From NCBI GenBank assembly GCA_030141605.1, contig JAQGDQ010000228.1, positions 186,001 to 250,000 of the forward strand: a stretch of DNA of 64,000 nt. Direction: 5' to 3'. This stretch comes from Tubiluchus corallicola. Its lineage: Eukaryota > Animalia > Priapulida. Under the pieces are notes generated by a model. The model ran no database searches. It saw only the letters and a program-made list of their open reading frames with translations, and had not been told where the DNA came from. Below are positions 37,775 to 51,095 of the stretch, in pieces (within the stretch, counting starts at the first letter, position 1; the number at the start of each line of letters is the position of its first letter). The translations under genes were made by a program, and so were the position numbers.

Positions 37775-40700
37775 TTACCTTTTGTCAGAAAAAGTACAGA
37801 ATGTGTGGATGACGCAGCGCGTATTATCAACATATAAACTGTGTGTTAAGTATTATATTACAATGGCGGCGGCCAAGAGGCCCAGGGTTCAATACTGGGT
37901 TGTTACAATCTTGTACGCCATAACCAGCAGTGACGAATTGCGAATTGAAAAGGAAATTTATTGTAGGAAGAAACCGCCACAACTGCATTAACGTTTTCCT
38001 CATGCTGGTTGCATTCACGGAACAGGTGCTTAACTAGTAAACTAGGAATGACTGATATGCAATGACTTCGTAAGAGGAATTCTTGCAATATAGAAAAGGT
38101 GTACCTGAAAACGGGCCTCAGTGCAATACAATAAAGTTTACATGCAATTTCTCCAATTCATAAGAACAACAAAATAATACGGATATATGCTTTAAAAGCA
38201 CCATTTTATATATTTGCGAATCCAGCAAGCAGTTTACAGGCATTGAAACGCGGTTAAATACATTATCTTTGATGAGCTATCTAAACTGATATAATATTTG
38301 ACGTATATATACTTATTGGGTTTATAGTCAAGTACCATGTACTTCTGAATTTCATAGACTTAACTTGACGTATATATACTTTTAATAGAATGAAAGCCCA
38401 CAAATATGGCAATTAATGTATTTTCTAATTAGGCTATTATTACAACTAAAAAGTTATTAAAATGAAAAAACTTGGACTTTCTTTGTACGTAAAAAGTCGG
38501 TCCAAGATAAAAATTATGCATTTTAAGTGTTGAATCAGTTTAACAAAGACTTGCAGCATGTTTTTCTGAATTATTTCTGAATCACATAATACACACTTAT
38601 AATCGTCATAGAGTATTAAAAACTCTGGCGGAATAACGTAGAACTCTTTCAGGGGCAGTGTAATTGTGCAACTGTTCAATTATTATCTCTACTCAATAAA
38701 ATTTTAGATAGACCTTTCATGATTAACAATTTGCTAATGTTTATCGGAATACGTACGTCTACGGGTTCAGCATGCCAGCATCTGTGATGTTCATTAGCTT
38801 GATAAAAATTTCCGAAATCTTTTAAAAATTATCTCTATTTGACCAAAATCAGCGTGGCAAACGGTGGCATAGATCATACAGGATGTCCACTAAAATCAGC
38901 ATTATTTACAATTAGTGGCTGAGTGCCACTTTTTTGTCTTTTAAATTTACCCGATTAAAATATAAATTTAATCAACAATTAGTGGATTTCAACATCTAAA
39001 TTTTGTTTTCAACACCTCTGAAATGATGAAATGAGGGTTACGGAATGCGAAATTCAAAGTCATAGGCCAATAGATGTCAGAGATGGGCCACCAAATAACG
39101 AGATTAGATAAGAAATCCACAGCATGTAACTGCTTAAAAGTTTGCTCCTATAGAGACTATAGTTAGTTCGTGAAAATATTAGGCATAGCTTATATAATAC
39201 AATTTCTATCGGAACACAATGACAGTTGTAAAAGTACTTGACAATCAACATAATTTGTTTTAAATCAAATTGCATTATGGACTGTTTAATCAAAATAACA
39301 AGTGTTAAAATGCTTATGAAAAGAGACTGGTCAAAATTTCTTAATAGGCTATATGCCACAAGTACGCGGAATGTACATAAGCAACAATAAATATTGTTAG
39401 GCTCATAATTCAGCAATTACAAATAGTATATAAACGCGTAATACATTACATCATAATATTACTACAGGAATCACTCGGCATAAACATTATTATGAGTACA
39501 ATGAATAATAATAATAATAATGATAATAATAATAATAGGTAGCATGGGGCAAGTAGCATATTTTACAAAAAAAAATATTAATTTTGCTGCTAATGCTGCC
39601 AAAACAAGTCCATATATACTTTCCTACAATAGGCTATCTACGTTACTTTTTACAATTATTAAGTTTTGCAGAAAAATATCACACTTTCCTTTTTGGATAA
39701 CATAAATTTCATAAAAAACTTGAATATTATTATACGGCTAGGAAATTTAAAATGAGTAATGGTTTACCACTAAGTAAATTTTTGCCAACCAAAGAGCACA
39801 CATTTCTTACAAAAGTAGAATAAGATGAAAGCAAGCATAACCAAAAGTTTTGAACAATGAGAGCCAAACTTTGTAAAATATTCCCAAGTATAAAACTGTT
39901 GTTTTAAGTTAGTGCTTTTGTACAAACTTGTTTGTTCAACGTATACGCAGATTGTGTGTTGAATCGGAATTGCTCAACAGGTGCGTAACCCGGTTAAAAG
40001 AATTCAAGTTTCTTAATGTTAAGCAGAACTTAAAAAATATTTGCTTAATTCAGAAAGAGATAGGCTTAAATGCAAAAGTGGATGCATTTTTAAATGTTTA
40101 AGTTGAAAGAGACCTGCAAGGCTGACCACAAGTAAAATTTCTACCCCATCCCTGCTCTATATTTTGCTGGAATTCTTGCAGATTTATCCATCCCAAAGAA
40201 AATGTATTTATGAATTCCTAAGTCCTGAAAGTCACACGTTTAAATAACAATAGCATAAAGCTTTGGTTTTAGCGTTCAGGTTGCCTTGTTTTTTATTTTT
40301 ATATCGTTTAAGTGAATTATTGTTTGCTTAAATTTCGTGGGATTTAGCATTCATTTGACAATACTGCATAAGAGTTCTTTTTGTGTTCGGGTACCTAAGG
40401 GATTCCAGTCTCACCTCGTTTGCAGGGTATTTAATCCTCATTTGCCCCCACGATTTTCCTACAAAGGTCATTTAAGGTGAAATTCACATGCCCATTACAT
40501 GCGCACTCAGAATTTGTCAGCATAAGCAGACATAGTTAAGGGTAACTCCTAGACAGATTGGGAATGAAGATAGCATAGTAACGGTAGAAACAGTACAGAC
40601 TAGTGCCATCTATCTAAACTGCACTAAACCACCATATAAATTCTTGCTACAAACTTGACAAGAAATTAGGCTTCGAACTGTCTATCAGTAAACGAAGCAT

Positions 40701-42045
40701 AATTGACATATTTACTTACTTAATAAAGTGGTCTATATTAATATCTTTGTACTGCTAAAAAGTTTTTAAGTATACTAGGTTTCGCAAAGCATTACCAAAA
40801 AGTTGCTTTTATGTAAATAGAACTATTCCTTGCAACAAATTACCAGTAGTGATTTTTGCACTGCTTTTATTTTTCCCTTTCATTTGTTTATTTCAAAATT
40901 TTTCTGTTACACTGCATTCTTGTTATAATACACATTTTTTCTGTTACACTTCACATTTACTGGTTTGAAGTCATACTGTAAAAAGAACTAGTCAAATTAC
41001 CCTGCAGAAATGTCTGCATATAAAAATTTTAGTTTATAGGAAAGTCATGTGGGGATTTCGATGTTATACAGGGAAATAATTGACAAATTTTGATGTTGTT
41101 GACAAATATGCTGCTCATAATTAATATAATTCTATATTATAGAAGTTTTCTACCCTAGTTAATATCTGACTTTTGGAATTAACAACAATTTTTCATTCTT
41201 TATATTACCAACAAATGCTAGGTATGTGCTGTAGAAATTTTTTAACTTACATATCTTTTGCAGCTTCCCAGTTGTACAAGTATTTTTCAAATTACTGGTT
41301 GATATGAAAAATCTCATAACCTCAATTAATGCGTGAGACACCTCCAAACCACTGACTTCTCCTACTTGTCAGACTGCCAATAATTATAAACTTGAATGTT
41401 TCAAATCTTATCTCTTCATTAACCATTAAAAGGAGACTTTAAATCTTTGGGATTAGAATGCCGAAGTTATGCATTTATATGTCTACGATGTTGGATCATT
41501 AAAGATTTTTATATGAAAATTGTTAACAAGATTTAATCTTATACATGGAAGTTTGGTCTGAAGCTGTTCTGCATTAATATCTTTGTGCATTGTTATTAGC
41601 ATCACAACTTACAAAACAATCGAGATTGCTAAGCGAGAATGTATATACTATTGTTGTCACCACTGTGTGCATCTGTCAGTCATCGCATTAAAAAACGTCA
41701 GCACATAATGAAGCGAAGCATTTTAAAACTTCACTATTAAAGAAGTGTTGCAGATCTATAGGCCTTTCCAACTCTACGAACAGCTAGAGAACAGCAACTT
41801 TGAAAGCACATGGTCAGTCTCAACATCATCAGGCACATCGGTCAAATCACACAAAGGCCTGCGTCAACTTTGTCTTAGTTTCGCACAGAATGGTCATACA
41901 TTAAGTATTTTCTTTGCCACTAGGTAGCAGTAACAACTATAAACATTTCCACTTGGTGGTTGCAAACAAGCAATAACACAATACAGATCACATATTATAA
42001 TGCAGCACACAAAATTCGTGCTGAGCACGATAAAATGGCAAGTAT

Positions 42046-42642
42046 CTATTGTGAAACAGAAGGCAGGCTGCTCATTCCGGAAAGATGATTGTCTTCATTT
42101 CTCTCTTGATGACTCAAAGACGTTGATTGATATGTTGGGAAACTAGGTCGCGGAGGAAGTGGTACTCCATTGTCTAGTAAATACTGGGCAACAAACCGGT
42201 GCTGATCGTCATGGATTTTTTGTCTCAAATGTTGTAAAAGTCCAGCTTCTTGTGGAAACACCGTTTCACAAATGGTGCAAGGCCAAGTGCGAACACTGGA
42301 ATTACTGGCTGCAACAATGGCGGCTGCAGCAGCGGCAGCTACAGCCGCTGCCGACGATGTTTTTGTGCTTACCATCTCAGGATGCATGCTGACATGTTTG
42401 CGGAGACACGTTTCGTTGACATACGCCTTGCCACATATTGGACAGCAGAATGCATCACGGTGTTTCTCTGGTACAACATCACACAGGGGGCGACCTCTAC
42501 AAAACATCTCCCATTGTTCTTTGTGGTCTCCCCGCACATGATGAAACAGCGCATTTTCTGTTTCAAATAAGTGACTGCAGAATGTACAGGGTAGGTTTCG
42601 CTGTAGTTGTGGAGGGTGTGGTTGCATCCTTGCTTGATGTTC
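42046..42642 (-). CDS. dati: datilografo-like C2H2 zinc-finger gene, last coding exon (fingers 5-7)
   Basis: Acceptor TTTTAG|GAACAT in phase 0 completes finger 4 (HVQK|EH). CPICGKAYVNETCLRKH and VRTWPCTICETVF...HRFVAQYLL resemble recalled insect Dati C-terminal fingers. Confidence 0.85.
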   Translation of the reverse strand, partial: EHQARMQPHPPQLQRNLPCTFCSHLFETENALFHHVRGDHKEQWEMFCRGRPLCDVVPEKHRDAFCCPICGKAYVNETCLRKHVSMHPEMVSTKTSSAAAVAAAAAAAIVAASNSSVRTWPCTICETVFPQEAGLLQHLRQKIHDDQHRFVAQYLLDNGVPLPPRPSFPTYQSTSLSHQERNEDNHLSGMSSLPSVSQ

Positions 42643-42889
42643 CTAAAACCAGTAATTAGAGCTTTAACAAAAATACGTTAGAATTAAAAAGGTGAAAAAT
42701 TACAAAACACAGTTCAGCAATAATTAACCCAATTGATGCCAATACGACGTTTTGCAAATAGACGATGCAGTAAACTTAGTATGCAATTGTTCCAAGACAA
42801 ATGTGCATACTATTGTCCAAGTTATCTATTTTTATCTTAATTTTTTGGATGATGAGAAACATATGAAGACTATAACACATTATTAGGAC

Positions 42890-43211
42890 CAAGGCCGGAT
42901 TATCCTATAGGCGAGTAGCCTATAGGCTGCACCTCAAGCTTGAGGGGCCGGATAATTTATGCTCAACCATAAATTTTTAGTAAATATATAGTAAAATAAA
43001 ATGGTATTTTCTAAGGAACATTTTTATTGAGAAACAAAAAATAGCTATTCTAATTTATTTAAATAATTTGCAATAAGTTCAATTCAAGCTGTACAAATGT
43101 TGCTAAAATATATCACGAATTAAAAAATATTGAAGACAGGTACGGGCAAGTTAGAAGGGTTAGCATAATTTCATTAGCCTATGGGCCCTAAGTTGTCATA
43201 ATCCAGTCCTG
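42890..43211. mobile_element. hAT-like MITE in the zinc-finger gene intron
   Basis: TIR CAAGGCCGGATTAT/ATAATCCAGTCCTG; perfect 8-bp TSD ATTAGGAC at 42882-42889 and 43212-43219. Confidence 0.88.
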
Positions 43212-44322
43212 ATTAGGACCCACAGAGTCCTAGATGAAAAACTGCATGAAATCGAGTTTTCAAAAGAAAAATACTAATATGATCCATTCTAGTATAGTCT
43301 AAGAGTTTTAGCTGTATTGACCCACAAATGGTGGTGATCTGTTACTTTCCACTTGTGTATATAAACTTGTGGATATTCTCTTCAAAGTTTGTGTGATGCA
43401 AGTGCATAAAATTTGAGAAGACAAGCCTGATACGCATGTTTGTTATAATGGTAGTATGCCATGCTGGCATCTGGTACTTTAAGGTAGGTAACCATGTAAT
43501 ATAAGCTGGTCAGAATTTGAGTTGAAATTTTGAATTTAGACTTTTGGGCTAAAAAATGTTTACTGTGATCATAATGTATTAAGTTAGAATTAGTTACTTT
43601 CTATGTAAACCAATTATTCGTCACTGAAGCATAGGGATTACAGGAAGCGCTTTGCTAAAAGGTTAAATTTTTGTGTAAATAACTAAATATGTCCGAAAAA
43701 GATTTATAAATTTACTGGAAACATACAATTTAGATATATAAATGTTTACAACAATTTCCATTGTTTGTTTTGGTGCTGTAACTCATAATTACAAAGCTAA
43801 TAATTTAAGCGGGAGAGATAAAAGGGCACAATAGTTTTTCACTTTAATCATAAGTAGTATAGAAATTTCATTTAAATAAGGACACTGGGTTTGTAAGAAA
43901 AGCATCAGTTTCTCTGATGTAAATACACAAATTTCAGATAGTTATTGAGATATTATAGGCAGTCATACACAGAGCAGATGCTTGAAAAAAATCAAGATAT
44001 ATGATCTACAGTGAATTCACCTCCAGCTACTTGATCTCTTGCATCTTACATGTATTTGCAATTAAAAATGACGCATAACTACGTTGTCAAATAATACGTT
44101 TGGAAAGCGCCCTGAAAACGATGCCAGTAGAATTGATGCAAATAAAATGCTGGAGTTTATAAATAAAATATCAAACTATGGCAAGCGCACCCATGCAAAG
44201 CATTAAATAATGTAAGAAATGTGATATTCAACAAAACAGGGACACATTCCCAAAACAACTGATACAGTAGTTCGATCCTAGCGGAAAAACTTTTAACTCT
44301 TTCTAATGCCATCTATACTTAC

Positions 44323-44513
44323 TTTTTGTACATGTGAATCAAGACTTGCTTCTTGTGCAAAGCGTTTACAGCATACCATGCACCGGTATGGTCGTTTTTC
44401 AGCAAAGTTTTTCGCAAGTTGACTGTCATGGTTGCGAAGATGTTGTTGAAGATTAGACAGTTGAACAAATGCACGCCCACAGTCTTGCATTGTACACTTA
44501 TAGGGTTTCTCAC
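44323..44513 (-). CDS. dati: datilografo-like gene, exon (fingers 3-4)
   Basis: TTTTTAG|GT...AAA|GTAAGT; translation GEKPYKCTMQDCGRAFVQLSNLQQHLRNHDSQ...RPYRCMVCCKRFAQEASLDSHVQK; phases 1 and 0 fit the neighbouring exons. Confidence 0.92.
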
Positions 44514-45431
44514 CTAAAAATATGCTTTAATATTAAAACGTAAAAATGACTGTTTTTGTATGACAAAAGCGTCAAACTTTAGGACTTAAAAAAGCTTCAT
44601 AACAAATTAATGCTGAATAATTTAATAATAAACCATCTTAAATGTACTTTACAGGGCTTGCATGTACGTCTTAATCATTTATGAAACGGAAGACCAATAG
44701 GTAAAAAGCAAACTTGTTTAGCCCTTTGTGTTTCTATTATTTTTCAAAATTTTTTTGACTATGCCAAATTAGTAGACTTTTTTCAGCAGTTACGTATTTC
44801 ACGAACGTCAGCCTTACAGTAAAAGTCTGTAGTACGACGCAGGCCAAAACAACCGTGACGTCTTCTGTCAGGATGTTATACTTGCTTGGAATTTAAGTAT
44901 TTTTTGCGCAACACATACACTATAGAATGTGGGATGTAGACTGAATCTGGGGGTTATAATTAAGTGTTAAAATTAGTTTAAAAATAATTAGAGACGTTAG
45001 AGGCGCTACAGTAGATATAGGAAAAAAGCAAGTTCAAACGAGTGGGATTTAGCCTGGAGGAACAATCAAGATGAAACCCAGGAAAAGAATATTGTCGTGG
45101 AGGGCGCTGGGTAGTGGGTAAAATTTTTTGCTGTATCTGTCTGTTTGTCCTTCCTTTCAAATTTGAAAGGTTACAAGTCAAACAATGGTCAAATGTTTGT
45201 ACACGATGTCTCACAATGAAAAGACACAGGTCAAATAATGACGAATTATTTGTAGCAATAACAAATAAACAATTAACATGCTGTGTCTGACATTGGAAGG
45301 TCAAAAGTCAAATAATGGCGAAATGCTTGTATACAGTGTCTCACACTAGAAGGGAGCAGGTCAAACAATGACGAAGTACCTGTAATGAGTCGCACGTTTT
45401 GTTTAACTTAGATTAAAAATTATGTACAAAC

Positions 45432-45597
45432 CTGTGTGGAGCCGGGTGTGTTGTTGAAGATGTGACAGCTGTTTAAATGCTCTTTCACAATAAGAACAAT
45501 GATATGGACGTTCTCCAGTGTGCACTCGTAAATGCTGATTTAACTGGTGTTGATTTGCAAATGCTTTATGGCAGTGTTGGCACGGATGAGATTTTAC
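45432..45597 (-). CDS. dati: datilografo-like gene, exon (fingers 1-2), not in the ORF track
   Basis: TTTTTAG|GTAAAA...ACAG|GTTTGT; translation [55 protein letters not shown](G). QLSHLQQH is typical of the rotund/ZNF362/ZNF384/lin-29/dati group. Confidence 0.92.
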
Positions 45598-46786
45598 CTA
45601 AAAATGAAAATCATTTTTTTTAAATAATTAACTCTGGAAATACAGTTATCTGCAAGAAAATGGTAACAGTCATTGGTTGAACAATGTGAGCAAAACATAT
45701 TTCAATTTTAAAAAAATTAACAAATTTGTTTTTAGGGCTCTTGTAAGTTGCTGCAAACCGGAATCCAGCATCTACTCAAATTCGATAGTGTGGCAACACA
45801 GGAAACTCTATTGGACTATGCCTCTAAGGTGAGCCACTGAACCAAAGTGGTTCAGTCATCCATTAACTGACTTAATGGTGCCATTCTTAACTGCAGAAAT
45901 CTACCCCTTAATTAAAAAAAAACTATTAAAACACTATAGGACATAAAAATCCAATTGTTCAGGAAACCATCAGTTTGTAATAGCATTAAAGCCCGCAGCA
46001 AGTTACTGCTTTGTACATCAAGAGATGGCTTGTTCATATATTAGATCAGACTTTCCTTGATTAAAACATTTGAGTTATTTCTATCAATGGCCACAGTTGT
46101 GATATTAATGAAATCAGCCATTTCATCTGAGGCAGGAACTTGATCACAAATTTTGAATGAGGCAGGACTTACCAGTTTCAGATGGTATACTCATGCGTTC
46201 ACACATTCCTATTTTAAAGTCTTTGCTGTACAATAAGCAGCACTGCTTTAACAAATTAACATACACTAAAATTTATAAATAATAACAGATTGCAGGAATT
46301 AGTGTGTTTTATCTTTAAATGGAAAGAAAGAACTGTTATCAGATTCTAAAATAGCTCTGGACTCTATATAAATGTAATACTGTTTTAATTATATGAGCAA
46401 GATTTTACCCTTCTCTTATACTGAAGACCAACAAACTGTATGGGGTAAACTGTCTGTATAAATACTTTCTAAAAGTTGATTAAAATCAGTATATTTAGAA
46501 ATACAGTTTACTAGCTCCCAGTCTTTGCAAAGTTTAGTCAGTCAAAACAAGGTCACGGAATTTAAAACATAATCAAATTAATCCCAAAAAAGGTCAAGAA
46601 GCTCAGCAATTTAACAAAATTTTTTCGTATTTGTTGTTTAATTTTATATTCTCACAACACTTCACTGTAAAAACGAACTCTTTGGCATAGTTAGTGGTTT
46701 CCATCACAAATAACGCCACAAACAAAAAAATTCACTAAAGTTTGAACTGCTTCGCTAATTTAACTAGAATTTTATATAATACTTAC

Positions 46787-47209
46787 TTTAAACTCTGCCC
46801 GGAGACGCTTTTCCGACATGTAGAATTGTGGGGGAGAGACTACATTGGCACTGGGTGACATTATACTGTGCTGTCCCAATGAGCCAGAACCTCCAATACC
46901 ACTAGGTGATGACATAGAAGATAGGTGTGGATGATGTTCATCTAGCTGTTTTTGACTTGTTGATGCTCCACCACTCTGATGTGGAGATCGTTGAGAAATA
47001 TGTGCTTGGTGAGGAATAGATGACAGTGTTGATGACGCTGAAGACGATGACTGTGTTGAAGTGTAGGCATTTGACAGTGGGAACCGTTGGGCGAATGATA
47101 TTGATGAAGCTATCACTGATGGTGCTGCTGCAGATGGTGAACATAGTGGTGACGTTCCAATTGGAGACCCAAGTGGTGAAGATAATGGAGACTTCGTGGG
47201 TGTGAAAGC
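46787..47209 (-). CDS. dati: datilografo-like gene, Ser/Pro-rich exon
   Basis: TTTAATTTCAG|GCT...AAA|GTAAGT; 423 nt, phase 0/0, open as AFTPTKSPLSSPLG...SEKRLRAEFK; joins in frame to VKSHPC. Confidence 0.85.
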
Positions 47210-49589
47210 CTGAAATTAAACAAGTTTGACACAATCACAAAGACAAATTATCAATATAGTAATACGAGCACCAAAAGAAACAAAATTTTTATGTTTAGCA
47301 AAGAAACAAAAATAGATATGGCAAACATACGAAAAAGACAAAACTTTATACAAGAAGAAATGGATAGAAAAAAGCACGGAACGAACAACCAAAAATGTCA
47401 AATAAAAACCAAAATAGAGGATCTTGAAGGTTGCAGTGGGTTAAGAATTCCCGTATTGCTGCTTGCCGGGAGGTGGGTTTTTTCAGTTTGATGATTAAAA
47501 TTTGGATCAGAAGTGGTGCTGACAAGACACTGCCAAAGCAGTGTTTAGATTTTTTGCTGAATACTGCTGTTTTTACCTGTCTCAAGGGCAGATTTCTTTT
47601 ATTTTAGAATTCTGCCTGCCCAATGTCTACAGCAGACGTGATGGGTGTATGATGATGATTAGAATTTAACGTAGTTTAGAAAAGATTCGTTAAAGGAACT
47701 TCTCTTAAATTGAGTTTAATCGATATTGATATTATTCAAAACCTTAAATTTGCTCTTACGCTGTGATAGTATTGATACACAATTATTTTGTTGGTTCAGC
47801 CTGATTATTGCTGCAACATCTTAAACTTGTGGAGCAATAAACCACTTGCGATTGTCAGCAAAAACTCCATAGTTATTTACAAAATTTCCTGTTAATCCAA
47901 GGCAGAATATGACTGTAATGGTATCCAGTCTAATGCAGGATATCCCATTTCAGCTTAACCTTTTTGTGCTACATGAGACATGTACCCATACAGATTAACC
48001 AATATTAATCTATGTAAACTTGTTGTTGAATTGGTATTTTGTTTACCATTTAGGATGAAACATGTTGAAGGTGTGAAGAAAAATGGATAGTCAACATTTC
48101 TCTATGAAGCAAGATTTCATTAACTTAGCAGACACGCGCATTTTTTTGGCGCCAAAGGAGTACAGAATTGCATTTTAGTAGTTATTTATGCGTTACAAAT
48201 TATTTTGATTTGCACATTGTTTTATTTTTGTTTACTTAATTTAAAGCCTAACAACACGGCTTAGAAATGAATTGAAAGTGAAATTTAATCAAATTTTCAA
48301 CAAAATGTTATTCCTTACAAAGCCGTAATACAACGATTAAATCGTCTGTTGACAGCCAGTTACATTTTTACCACCTTTGAATACAATATACAAGCAGTCT
48401 GTGGAAGTTAGTAAAACGCCCGTATGCGACAGTATTTGCGTTAAGGGGTATCATACCTTTGAAACGTTTGAATCGTATATTTTTATGATGCTCTAGTTTT
48501 AATGAATCAGAAGTAATCGTTAAAGACATTAATCCTAAATTATAGAGGGGCGTTATAGAGACATTGAGAGAGAGAGAACCAGACAGCGTGATGAACACTG
48601 CGCTGACAAACGCTTGAATGATACTACAAGGTGACCGTAAGTCTGTAACCCCCTTAATAAAATTCCCAGCAATTGGATCAAGCTGTGCCAGATCAGTGCC
48701 CAAAGGCAGTAGAAAGCGGCGAAGCAACAACTGGAACAAAGCACAATGTTATATGTTAAATTTAATTTTTTGTAACCGGTACCAAATAGAACTGGTTTTT
48801 GAAGTTCGTAAACCCGAATTAAAAATGCGCGTGTTTAGGCCTGAATGATATCAAGCCATTACAGTACAAATCTGATAAAAATCTCACAAAAACAAATTGA
48901 ATACGCAATATTTCAGTATATACCGCTGTTACGTACAGTGTGCAATCTTCGTGGAAAGAAAAACACAAAAAATCAAGAAACACTACAGTCTTGATTTTAA
49001 AATTAACTTGACACAGTGATTATTGAGTTGCAAATTTTAATGATTTTCTGTGTCTTTTCGTCGTTTTTTCTTCTACTGTACTTTTAGATGGTACAAAGTG
49101 GGGTATACTGAACCTCATTTTTATCAATGATGCCAATTCTTCAACGAAGAATAATATTTTTTGTTATTACAGAACCGCTTGTAAATTGTAAACAGACCAT
49201 TTTTTGATAATTTCTAGCCTTCCCATCAACCTTGCTGTGAAATAAGTAATCGATTTGATTACATTGAAACATGGGAACTCAAACGTATTCCTGCTAAGTG
49301 CTTTAGCGTTTTAATTATGGTAAGACGTACAGAGGTGTCATATCCCTGTAGCGTTGATCTATCAAAGTAAAATACAAAAAACAAATAATTTTAGTATATA
49401 TACTAATATAGTTATTGTAGTAAACAGTAGTTGTGGTAAGACAGATGACTAGCACAGTACAAAGAACACTATACATCCTCCTCTTTCAGTTATGCAATGG
49501 TTTCGGCAAAGAAGTTACTATACAGATGTCTGCATTTCCCTAAGAATATACATGGACAATATATCTTGGAATACAGTAATTATATCGGG

Positions 49590-49760
49590 GTAAAAATGGC
49601 ACATGCAAAAATGGCATAAGAAAAAATGGCACAAATGGAAAAGTAGATAAAAATGGCACAGGAAAAATGGCAGAGGAAAAAATGACACAAATGTAAAAGT
49701 AGGTAAAATGGCACAGAAAGAAAAAATGGCACAAATGGAAACGTAGGAAAAATGGCACAT
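49590..49760. repeat. Irregular tandem array of AAAAATGGCAC motifs, probably a transposon subterminal array
   Basis: About 9 copies of the motif; explains the CHF/VPF/CAIF ORFs. Confidence 0.75.
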
Positions 49761-50269
49761 ATGTTATTTTGATGTAAATGATTTCTATAATAAAACAAGA
49801 ATGCGCCCAGTATGAAGCACATCTCTGCCAAAACTGAACAATGCTAAACTTGTTTGTTTCATTCGTCTGATTCAAAAATTTAACACAAAGATAAAAAAGC
49901 AAACATACAAAAATGTACAAGTATTGGTATTATATAAACTAGCAAAAGATTCAATATATGTGTTCATTAAATGGATTTATAATTAATAATGCACGAATGT
50001 TCCACATAGTGTTTATCTATTTTTCACCCTTAATTTTGGCAGTGGTAATAGACGGACAAATGTATACGTACCAAATCACCTTATAGGATTATACACATTA
50101 ATAAGCAAGGATTATAGACAGCGTTACACAGTTTTGCAAATGAGATTTTCTCGACATGGAACCTGGAACTAACTTGTAGTTGTGTGGAGTTCTCTGAGAC
50201 CTCCATGAAGTGCTTCACGAACGTTTCTTGCATACGGTGTTCGGTCAAGTATAGCGAAAAAGAAACTAG

Positions 50270-50445
50270 TGAAAAGATTCCGATTTTGGCTCTCTATACC
50301 CACCTTTTTTCACAAAGTTTCCTGGAAATCTGTTAGATAGTTTTTGCGTAATAGGCTTACTGCCATAACAGAAAAAACCGCCAAACAAACAGACAAACAA
50401 ACAAACAAACTGTGTTGAAGCATAACCTCCTTGGCAGAGGTAAAA
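50270..50445 (-). mobile_element. Helentron-associated (HINE/DINE-1-like) element fragment
   Basis: Minus strand TTACCTCTGCCAAGGAGGTTATG followed by a (GTTT)n/GTCT tract and ATTACGCAAAAACTA, a layout recalled from non-autonomous Helentrons. Confidence 0.65.
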
Positions 50446-50558
50446 ATAACTAAAAGAATTATACCTGAAGTGCTGTAACCCTAAGCACATATATTACTAA
50501 GTGTGCCACTTTTACCTACGTTCCAGTAATAATTCTATATAATAATAATCTTTTTTTA

Positions 50559-50807
50559 AAGTCGGCTTTTAGATGAACGATTAACATATTAATTAACAAT
50601 TAAAGAGCTTTTGCCGACCGTAAATAACAAATGTACAATTACATAACACAGACTCTTATTACCCCGTTTTGATCCTAAATACCACGCGCCAGGCAGGCTA
50701 ACAGCAGGTACCAGTTTTAAAGTATTTGGTATTACCCGGCCGCAGTATCGAACTCACGACTTCCTAGACGGAAAGCGGACGAATTACCACTAGAACGAAC
50801 CGTCTGG
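50559..50807 (-). mobile_element. tRNA-derived SINE (third and best-preserved copy)
   Basis: CCAGACGGTTCGTTCTAGTGGTAA...GAGTTCGATACTGCGGCCGGGTAATACCAAATACTTTAAAACTGGTACC; short (TTA)n tail. Confidence 0.8.
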
Positions 50808-51050
50808 TCATCGTGGCTGCAGAACGTTATACAACAATTATGGTGTTTTAGCTCATAAATTAATCCCAAAAAATACAAGAGTAGTTTTCCTTTTTTGTTG
50901 ACGGCTATGGCTGGTAAGAAGAGAGGTAAATACGAGGAAAGGCTGAAATAAGCCATTGTCAAGTTGTGTTCGTTATTTAAACTTATTTTGCTAAAAAATA
51001 ATGGTCCGTTTTACATTTTTAACAATATTAACAGTATACTTGATACTTAC

Positions 51051-51095
51051 GCTTAGCATCATCTGATGGTTTAGTTTAGACTTTGGACACCACTC
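51051..51095 (-). CDS. dati: datilografo-like gene, 45-nt exon likely holding the start codon (ATG at 51062)
   Basis: TGTTTTATTTAG|GAG...AGC|GTAAGT; only phase 0 is open (EWCPKSKLNHQMMLS); joins the next exon as MMLS|AFTPTKSP. Confidence 0.6.

Noticed and set aside
48047-48049. ATG|GTAAAC as the start exon of the zinc-finger gene
   Set aside because: The phase fits but the donor is weak; the 51051 exon has consensus sites at both ends.
48368-48739. 123-aa minus-strand ORF as a dati exon
   Set aside because: No recognisable homology or convincing splice pair; a better-supported exon exists at 51051-51095.
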